A program made the translations under genes and the position numbers. From positions 50,733-114,732 of the forward strand of contig CAYYYJ010000001.1 of assembly GCA_964476045.1 (NCBI GenBank): a DNA stretch of 64,000 nucleotides. Direction: 5' to 3'. The stretch comes from an uncultured archaeon (GTDB lineage Archaea; Aenigmatarchaeota; Aenigmatarchaeia; QMZP01; JACQNV01). This document shows, piece by piece, positions 57,472 through 64,000 of this stretch. Positions within the stretch are counted from its first letter, which is position 1, and every line of letters starts with the position of its first letter. The notes under the pieces were generated by a model. It was not told where the DNA came from and searched no databases. It was given only the letters and a program-made list of their open reading frames with translations.

Positions 57472-58539
57472 ATGAGAGGGTTAATACTCGCCGGAGGTCA
57501 CGGAACCAGGTTAAGGCCGCTCACTTTTACAATAGCCAAGCAGCTGCTCCCAATAGCAAACAAACCGATTTTATTTCATGTAATAGAAGACCTCAAAAAC
57601 GCTGGGATAACAGAAATAGGGATAATTGTTGGCCATACAGAAGAGCGTGTAAAAAGCATAAAAGATGCTGTTGGCGACGGCTCCGGTTTCGGTGTAAAAA
57701 TTACATACATCTTCCAGGATGCGCCGAGAGGTTTGGCTCATGCTGTTCTAATAGCAAAAGATTTTCTAGGTTCAGGCCCTTTTGTTGTATATCTGGGAGA
57801 CAATCTGATCAGAGGCGGAATTAAAAAATATGCGGATGAGTTCAAGGCAGGCGATTATGACCTTGGTGAGTTTTTCGTCCACTATAAGAACCCGGAAAAG
57901 TATGGGGTCCCTGTCTTTGATGGAGAGAAGCTTGTCGGTGTAATAGAAAAGCCAAAAACAAAACCAGACACAGACCTTGTGCAAAGCGGGGTCTATTTTT
58001 TCCGGCCTAACGTATTTGATGTCATTAAAACGCTCAAGCCTTCCCAGAGAAATGAACTGGAGATAACAGACGCGATGGATAAGATGATCAAAGGGGGCTA
58101 TAAAGTAAAGTACTGGGTAGCTGAAAACAAGTGGTGGAAAGATACAGGGACTCCCGAAGACATTCTCGAAGCCAATCAGCTGGCACTTGGAGACATTAAA
58201 AAATCGATAACAGGTTATGTAGAAAATACAGTAAAAATAGAAGGTGAGGTCATAGTTTCTGAGGGCACAAAAATACAGGGAAACACGAAAATTATAGGCC
58301 CTGCAATTATAGGCAAAAATTGCATTATCTCAAATTCCGTGATAGGTCCTTATGTCAGCATAGGCGACAACTGTGAGGTCGAAAATTCAAAATTAGAATC
58401 GTCGATATTCATGAAAAATTCTAAAATAAACTGCAGTGAAAAAATAAGCCAAAGTATAATAGGTGAAAACGCGAGAGTTTCCGATAAAAAAGGATCCTCG
58501 AGCCTAATCATCGGTGATGGATGCCAGGTTTCAATATGA
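57472..58539 (+). CDS. sugar-1-phosphate nucleotidyltransferase (glucose-1-phosphate thymidylyltransferase-like, long form with C-terminal left-handed beta-helix)
   Basis: MRGLILAGGHGTRLRPLT...KQLLPIANKPIL signature; C-terminal hexapeptide repeats. Confidence 0.75.
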   Translation: MRGLILAGGHGTRLRPLTFTIAKQLLPIANKPILFHVIEDLKNAGITEIGIIVGHTEERVKSIKDAVGDGSGFGVKITYIFQDAPRGLAHAVLIAKDFLGSGPFVVYLGDNLIRGGIKKYADEFKAGDYDLGEFFVHYKNPEKYGVPVFDGEKLVGVIEKPKTKPDTDLVQSGVYFFRPNVFDVIKTLKPSQRNELEITDAMDKMIKGGYKVKYWVAENKWWKDTGTPEDILEANQLALGDIKKSITGYVENTVKIEGEVIVSEGTKIQGNTKIIGPAIIGKNCIISNSVIGPYVSIGDNCEVENSKLESSIFMKNSKINCSEKISQSIIGENARVSDKKGSSSLIIGDGCQVSI

Positions 58540-59379
58540 CCTGGCAAGAAGCCTTATCCCTTTTTCTAACCCAATTTTCGGGGACCAGCCAAGAACTCTT
58601 TTAGCTAAGCTGTTGTCCCCGCAGGAAAACTTCCTTTTCTCATTGTATTCAGTAAACTCTAGGGCCGCTTTTTTCTTCAAAGTGTTTTCCAATTCCTTTA
58701 CAACATCAAGAGTGGTCAACGCCTTCCCGCTGCAGAGGTTGATTATGCCAGTAACATCTTTTGTGATGGAAAGAAATATGCCTTCAATTATATCATCAAC
58801 ATAAGTCCAGTCCCTTTTTTGCTTTCCGCCGCCCCAGATGCTTAGTGGTCTGCCGTTCTTCAGAGAATCAACAAACTTCGATATCATTGCCCCTCTTGCA
58901 TCTATTTTCTGCCCGGGCCCGTATACATTGAATAACCTGTTTACGACAACAGAAAATTTTTTTGAGTAGCTGAAGCAAAGTATTTCGCCTATTAGCTTGC
59001 TTGCCGAATAAGGCGAGTTTGTAAAATCCGCTGGGTAATCTTCAGTTGCCTTATTCTCTTCGTTTGAATTTTTATAAACTTCAGAAGTGCTTACAAAATG
59101 AAATCTTTTTACCTTGTTCTGCTCAGCTGCCTTAAGCAGATTCAGGGTGCCTAGAATATTAGTCTCAAAGATCTCAGATTCGCCGCCTTTAGAAACAGAA
59201 GCCAGGTGGCTTATCGCATCGCAGCCTTTTGCCTGCTCTAGGCAGCCAGAATACTTCCTGATGTCGCCTTTGAACAAAACAGCTTGGTGCCCTTCTGACT
59301 CCAGCCTTTTTGCCAGATGTGATCCTATGAAGCCTCTAGCCCCTGTTACCAAAACTTTCATACTAAATCTCAAAAGCAA
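58531..59379 (-). CDS. NAD-dependent epimerase/dehydratase family protein (dTDP-4-dehydrorhamnose reductase-like)
   Basis: MKVLVTGARGFIGSHL and YSASKLIGE (YxxxK); 282 aa. Confidence 0.7.
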   Translation of the reverse strand: MLLRFSMKVLVTGARGFIGSHLAKRLESEGHQAVLFKGDIRKYSGCLEQAKGCDAISHLASVSKGGESEIFETNILGTLNLLKAAEQNKVKRFHFVSTSEVYKNSNEENKATEDYPADFTNSPYSASKLIGEILCFSYSKKFSVVVNRLFNVYGPGQKIDARGAMISKFVDSLKNGRPLSIWGGGKQKRDWTYVDDIIEGIFLSITKDVTGIINLCSGKALTTLDVVKELENTLKKKAALEFTEYNEKRKFSCGDNSLAKRVLGWSPKIGLEKGIRLLARSY

Positions 59380-59441
59380 AACAACTTTATAAAACTATCC
59401 CAATCTGGCTTATATCCACAAACAATAATATTATTCTTGTT

Positions 59442-60386
59442 ATGCCCCCCACGGTAATAGCCCTAATACCTGTGTATAACAGCGGGAAATTCATAGAGAA
59501 AAGCCTCAATTTTGTTCTGGGACAATACTATCCTGTGAAAGAAGTGTACGTGATAGACGATGGCGGTAAAGACGACACTGTCCAAATCTCTGAGAAAATA
59601 GCGAAATCCTCCAAGAAAATAAAAGTTCATGTCCTAAAAAAACCGCATACAGGGATGAGGGGAAACATGCTCAACGATGTGATCAAAAAAATAAGGTGCG
59701 ACTTGATATGGATTGTTGAAGCAGATGCCTATCACGACAAAGATTTCCTAAAAAACATGGTTAAAGATTTTGAAGACCCTCAAGTCGGTGGAGTGATAGG
59801 AAGGGAATACCCTATGCACGTAAACACCTTTCTTGACAAGTGCCGTGTGATAGAGTTTGAATACAAGTACAAGAATTACAATCCTTATACAGCATGGGTA
59901 ATCAGGAAAAAGGCCTTGGAAAAAGCTGGCGGATTTTCTGAAAATACGTGGCTTTTTGATGACGTTCTTTTAGGCAATGATCTGAAAAAGGCTGGCTACA
60001 AAATAAAATTCCAGGCAAAGAGCAAAAGACGCCATTTCCAGAAAACCTCGATTAAGGCACTTTTGAGGCAAAGGCGCTTCTGGGGTTATGCCTACTACCT
60101 GACCCTGAAAAACAGGAAGTACATCCCAAAGTACATACCTATATGGACAGCCGGCCTTGTTGCGCTTCCAGTAGCAGCTTTTTATTATCCAACACTAACG
60201 CTGTCAGCTATTGCAGGCCTTTTAGCCCTGCTATTCCTAAATGCCGGGATAAAACTAAAAGGCCACACAAAAAATCCGGCTGCGGTAATCTCCATTGTCC
60301 TGATAAGACTTTTCAGGCAGATAATAACAACGATTTATTTCTGGCTCGGTTTATTATTAAGGGCAGCTGGAAAAAACATCCTATGA
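59442..60386 (+). CDS. family 2 glycosyltransferase with C-terminal TM helices
   Basis: IALIPVYNSGKFI, VIDDGGKDDT and VEADAY (DxD-like) motifs. Confidence 0.75.
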   Translation: MPPTVIALIPVYNSGKFIEKSLNFVLGQYYPVKEVYVIDDGGKDDTVQISEKIAKSSKKIKVHVLKKPHTGMRGNMLNDVIKKIRCDLIWIVEADAYHDKDFLKNMVKDFEDPQVGGVIGREYPMHVNTFLDKCRVIEFEYKYKNYNPYTAWVIRKKALEKAGGFSENTWLFDDVLLGNDLKKAGYKIKFQAKSKRRHFQKTSIKALLRQRRFWGYAYYLTLKNRKYIPKYIPIWTAGLVALPVAAFYYPTLTLSAIAGLLALLFLNAGIKLKGHTKNPAAVISIVLIRLFRQIITTIYFWLGLLLRAAGKNIL

Positions 60387-61090
60387 ATTATAAACAATTC
60401 TATAACGACCTTTTTGAAAGAAGAGGGGCTTATTTCCACAAATGGGTTACCCTGAAAAACAGGACTTATCTGGAGCATGCAAGGCGAATAAACAATTTTA
60501 TTGACAAGACAGGAATTGTGTTGGATTTAGGCTGCGGCGATTGTTACATAACAAACATACTCAGCAAAAAATCAGACGTTTTAGGGACTGACATTTCCCA
60601 GAAAGCTTTGAAACTGGGAAAATCGATCTACCCTAACCTGAAGCTTCTCACAGGCTCTGCAATTGCTATTCCGTTAAAAGGCAATTCAGTTGATTTTGTC
60701 ACGACTAGCAAAATAATAGAGCACCTGACTCCAGAAGATGCAGAGACCATGTTAAAGGAAATAAGACGTGTGCTTAAGCCAGGCGGAAAGCTTGTCCTAA
60801 GCACTTCAAACCCTTTGAACATCTGGGAAAAGATCCTGCACATTTATCTGAGATTCAAATCAGAGGAAGAGGAGCACCTTAAAGAATATCTCACAGAAGA
60901 TCTCAGGCAAACAGTTAACAGGCACCTTTCCGTTGAAAAAATAATTGAAAAGGCAGACCCGCCTTTTTTCAAGCACTTTCCTGGCCTCAGCGCTTTCGTG
61001 ATGTTTTCGCAAAAACTCTTCTTGAAAATTTTCCCAGTATTTACCAAATATTTTAGGAATCAGTTATATGTGGTTGCAGTGAAGAAATAA
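60383..61090 (+). CDS. class I SAM-dependent methyltransferase
   Basis: VLDLGCGDCYITN motif I, LKPGGKLVLST; start set at MNYKQF (ATGA overlap with the GT2 stop) rather than the longer overlapping ORF. Confidence 0.7.
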   Translation: MNYKQFYNDLFERRGAYFHKWVTLKNRTYLEHARRINNFIDKTGIVLDLGCGDCYITNILSKKSDVLGTDISQKALKLGKSIYPNLKLLTGSAIAIPLKGNSVDFVTTSKIIEHLTPEDAETMLKEIRRVLKPGGKLVLSTSNPLNIWEKILHIYLRFKSEEEEHLKEYLTEDLRQTVNRHLSVEKIIEKADPPFFKHFPGLSAFVMFSQKLFLKIFPVFTKYFRNQLYVVAVKK

Positions 61091-61098
61091 TGCGGAGA

Positions 61099-62316
61099 TT
61101 ACTCATTAATTAATTTTTTGTAAATTTCTATATACTTCTCAGCGTTTTTCTCCCAAGTAAATTTTTGGGTTATTTTCTCCCTGCTGTTTTTTTCTAGGAG
61201 AGATTTCATTCTTTTATCCCTTTTTATTTTCAATAGAATGTTTCCGAGGTCGTCAAAATCCTTCGATAAAATACCGTCCTTCCAGTTCCCGATTATTTCC
61301 CTAGTCCATTCCGTGTCTGATGCGACCACAATTTTACTGGCTGCCATATATTCGAAAATCTTTATCGGGGAGAACCCGAAACTCTCAGAACCCCAGGATT
61401 CTGAATAAGGCGCCAATGCAACATCTATAGACGATAGGAATGCGGGGACCTCATCGTTATTTATTTTTCCTGCGAAAGTTATTGTTTCTTCAAGCTTATT
61501 TTTGCTCACGTAATCTTTTAATTCAGAAATATATTTCCTGTATCTTTCATCTCCGCCTGCCAGAACCAGCTTTATCTCAGGGATATCCTTTTTCGATTTT
61601 TCCGCTGACTTTATAATCTGAAGTATATTCTGTCTTGGCCCAAGTTCGCCTATGACAGCAAGAATAAAGTCGTTTTTTTTAAAGCCGAATTTTGTCCTGT
61701 AATCGTTTTTAACTGAGAACCGCTCTGGATCAGCTCCATTGGGTATAGCTTCTATCTTGTTCTGATTTAAGCCGTGTTTTATTAATGAATCCTTTATGGA
61801 ATTTGAGACAGCTCCAACATAATCAGCTGACTTTACTATTTTTTTAATCCACTGTTTTTTAATTGCCTGCAAAATCGGATATAATATCTTGTCTTTCAAA
61901 AAACTCATTTTGATCTCATAAGACAGGAAATTATAGTTTATTTCTGCTACTCTAGGTATTCCTGTCAGTTTAGAGGCAAAAAAGCCGGTTATTTGTCCTG
62001 GATCACAACGATCGTGGATAACATCTATATTGTACTCCTTGCAGATTCGGACAGATTTTCTTATACTAAATAAAGAGCCGAAAAATCGGCCTGGGGGTAT
62101 AGAAGATTTTACAGATTTATGGAAAAGAATGTTTCCTATTGATTTCTCCTCAGAGATGTCAGCAAGAATATGTATTTCAACTCCTTTCTTGCTCATTGCC
62201 TTCGAGAACTCTGTGTGGTGCGTCGCTGCTCCGCCTGTTCCAGGAAGTTTAATATGAGGGCAAATGAGCAATACCTTCAATGGCTTGGCCTTAAGCGAAT
62301 TCTGGGAAATCTTCAT
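61099..62316 (-). CDS. family 4 glycosyltransferase (GT-B)
   Basis: GT4 two-domain layout with C-terminal acidic E-x7-E-like region (FGFSPIKIFEYMAASKIVVAS). Confidence 0.75.
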   Translation of the reverse strand: MKISQNSLKAKPLKVLLICPHIKLPGTGGAATHHTEFSKAMSKKGVEIHILADISEEKSIGNILFHKSVKSSIPPGRFFGSLFSIRKSVRICKEYNIDVIHDRCDPGQITGFFASKLTGIPRVAEINYNFLSYEIKMSFLKDKILYPILQAIKKQWIKKIVKSADYVGAVSNSIKDSLIKHGLNQNKIEAIPNGADPERFSVKNDYRTKFGFKKNDFILAVIGELGPRQNILQIIKSAEKSKKDIPEIKLVLAGGDERYRKYISELKDYVSKNKLEETITFAGKINNDEVPAFLSSIDVALAPYSESWGSESFGFSPIKIFEYMAASKIVVASDTEWTREIIGNWKDGILSKDFDDLGNILLKIKRDKRMKSLLEKNSREKITQKFTWEKNAEKYIEIYKKLINE

Positions 62317-62388
62317 AAGTATGTATATCCTGACTTAGTCAATAATATAGTTACGAAAAACAACTACATATAAGCTTTTGCCGCACAT

Positions 62389-63585
62389 ATGAAAATTCTC
62401 CATTTAGGGAAGTATTATTACCCGCATTCTGGTGGTGTAGAAACGTACACACAAACAATAGCAGAATCGCTTGTTAAGAAGTCTCATGATGTTGAAGTTA
62501 TAGTTAACAATAAAGAGAGGGAATCAAAGATAGACTATGTAAACAAGGTAAAGGTAATAAGACTGTCAAGGCTAACAGATCTTTTCCATGCGCCGTTTTC
62601 AAAGTTCCCTTTCGCCTACATTAAAAAAAGCGGGTTCGATATTATACATCTCCATGTTCCAAATCCCTGGCTCGAATTAAATCTTTTAGCTTATTTTTTA
62701 TTTTTTGGGAAGAAGGAGAGGTTTGTAGTGACGTACCATGCTGACGTTCCCCATTACACAGCCTTTCACAGAATAATGGATTACTTCAGGACGTGTTTTA
62801 CATATCCCCTCTTAAAGATTTATGCAGATTCAATAATACCAACAAGCGAAAACTATATAGATGGATCGTTCTTTCTTAGAAAGCTCAGAAATAAAATAAC
62901 AGTAGCCCCCATAGGGATAGATACTAAATCGTATTTTGTTGACAAAAAAAACCTTGAACAAACCAAACGAAAATATAAAATAGGCAGCGGGAAAGAAAAA
63001 ATTATATTATTCTATGGGAGATTGGTCAAGTATAAAGGAGTTGAATACCTTCTGGAGGCATTCTCAATGTTAAATAAAAAAAACGTAAGGTTATTTATTG
63101 TTGGCGATGGCGACCTCTCCGGGAAATTACGGGCCAAAGCAAAAAATCTGGGGTTAAGCAACATCGTATTTACAGGCCACGTTAACAATGCAACAATGAA
63201 TTCGTTCAGGTTTCTGGCTGATATTTTCGTGCTACCCTCAATAAATAGGGGTGAAGCCTTCGGGATCTCTATAATCGAGGCAATGTATTTCAAAAAACCA
63301 GTGGTTACCACGAACATAAAAAACAGCGGAGTCGCATATGTAAATGACGGGTTAAAAATCAATTCTCTAAATTCTCAGAGCGTTGTTGGGTCTAAAACAG
63401 GTTTAATTGTTGAACCAAAGAATTCTAAAGAGCTTTCTGATGCAATTGACTATCTGCTATCAAATACCAAGATCGCAGAAAAACTTGGGGAAAATGGATA
63501 TAATAGGGCAATTCAAAATTTCACAGAAGAGAAATTCACAGACAGGATAAATAAAATTTACGAAAGCCTGAAAAAGCAAATATGA
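62389..63585 (+). CDS. family 4 glycosyltransferase (GT-B)
   Basis: GEAFGISIIEAMYFKKPVVTTN (E-x7-E). Confidence 0.8.
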   Translation: MKILHLGKYYYPHSGGVETYTQTIAESLVKKSHDVEVIVNNKERESKIDYVNKVKVIRLSRLTDLFHAPFSKFPFAYIKKSGFDIIHLHVPNPWLELNLLAYFLFFGKKERFVVTYHADVPHYTAFHRIMDYFRTCFTYPLLKIYADSIIPTSENYIDGSFFLRKLRNKITVAPIGIDTKSYFVDKKNLEQTKRKYKIGSGKEKIILFYGRLVKYKGVEYLLEAFSMLNKKNVRLFIVGDGDLSGKLRAKAKNLGLSNIVFTGHVNNATMNSFRFLADIFVLPSINRGEAFGISIIEAMYFKKPVVTTNIKNSGVAYVNDGLKINSLNSQSVVGSKTGLIVEPKNSKELSDAIDYLLSNTKIAEKLGENGYNRAIQNFTEEKFTDRINKIYESLKKQI

Positions 63586-64000
63586 AAATACTAATCACAT
63601 CAGATCTGGGATATCCGTACATAGGTGGCGGCGAGAGCTATGTTATTAGTCTCTCGAAAGCACTAATAGGCCTAGGCCATGAAGTCCACTGGGCAACAAG
63701 CAGGATAGGCGAAACAGCTAGAACAGAGGACTACGAAGGCATAAAAATGCACAGAATGAGGATACTCTTTCCAAAAAGCTATCTTTTCCCTGGAAGGCAT
63801 ACGTTCCCTCTAACTTCTTTTATACCGCTGGTGAGGCTTTCAAAAGAATTTGATGTCCTCCAGTTCACAACATTTTTAGCCGGTGTGATTGGCGCAAAAG
63901 TCGGCAAAGTTGCGAAAAAACCGGCGATCCTGTTTTGCCATGAATTTTTTGGCAGACTCTGGAAAACAATAGGGCAAAGCAAACTCGAAAGGAATGTCTT
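63582..64000 (+). CDS. family 4 glycosyltransferase, N-terminal part (runs off window end)
   Basis: Starts MKILITSDLGYPYIGGGESYV in ATGA overlap with the previous stop; GT4 N-domain pattern; absent from ORF track because it is open at the window end. Confidence 0.55.
   Translation, partial: MKILITSDLGYPYIGGGESYVISLSKALIGLGHEVHWATSRIGETARTEDYEGIKMHRMRILFPKSYLFPGRHTFPLTSFIPLVRLSKEFDVLQFTTFLAGVIGAKVGKVAKKPAILFCHEFFGRLWKTIGQSKLERNV

Noticed and set aside
60143-60382. Long N-terminal extension of the methyltransferase ORF overlapping the GT2 gene
   Set aside because: The extension is translated in a different frame through the GT2 C-terminus, and the Cys/Ser-rich peptide has no resemblance to methyltransferase N-termini. 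The ATGA-overlap start at 60383 gives a standard-length enzyme.
1-64000. CRISPR arrays, rRNA genes, transposases or integrases
   Set aside because: Scanning for regularly spaced direct repeats, rRNA-like conserved stretches and DDE/tyrosine-recombinase motifs found none. The only repeats seen are intron hairpin modules and short promoter-proximal direct repeats.
1-64000. Bacterial rather than archaeal origin of the window
   Set aside because: L44e, S27e, S17e, aIF2alpha, PCNA, AEP primase, NAC, EndA, two-subunit archaeal PheRS, AglB/STT3 and intron-containing tRNAs are jointly diagnostic of Archaea. The bacterial-type MetK is best explained as a single horizontally derived gene.

Overview
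This 64 kb window looks like a contiguous chromosomal segment from an AT-rich, gene-dense archaeon, probably a DPANN/Nanoarchaeota-like lineage. The assignment rests on archaeal information-processing genes: the L44e-S27e-aIF2alpha operon, S17e, PCNA, an archaeo-eukaryotic primase, a GINS-like protein, NAC-alpha, tRNA-splicing endonuclease EndA, archaeal two-subunit PheRS, GlyRS, GGPP synthase, and AglB/STT3 with AglH.

The first ~35 kb is housekeeping. It includes:
- a primase in which the catalytic PriS domain is fused to a PriL C-terminal-like 4-Cys domain;
- aminopeptidase N, and a bacterial-type MetK;
- three HEPN/minimal-nucleotidyltransferase (toxin-antitoxin-like) pairs, two of them wedged between pheS and pheT;
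- several compositionally atypical orphan ORFs.

The most unusual feature is a set of multi-intron tRNA genes. tRNA-Asn(GTT) and tRNA-Phe(GAA) lie in tandem directly next to endA. A third, tRNA-Ala-like gene with a G3:U70 pair lies on the minus strand near 33.3 kb. All three carry large introns at non-canonical positions (D-loop and T-loop) in addition to, or instead of, the canonical 37/38 site. Their introns share recurrent hairpin modules, and long perfect hairpins flank the genes.

The last ~29 kb is a large cell-surface/N-glycosylation (agl-like) island. It contains:
- AglH and AglB (WWDPG variant);
- three or four GT-C membrane transferases;
- eight GT4 (the last truncated at the window end) and two GT2 glycosyltransferases;
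- five SAM methyltransferases;
- a flippase, a B12-binding radical SAM enzyme and an AsnB-type amidotransferase;
- a dTDP-sugar pathway (RfbA-like, RfbB and an epimerase/reductase), a Gfo/Idh/MocA oxidoreductase, and a nitroreductase-methyltransferase fusion.

No CRISPR array, rRNA or obvious transposase was seen. All calls are from reading the sequence by eye; none is verified by computation.
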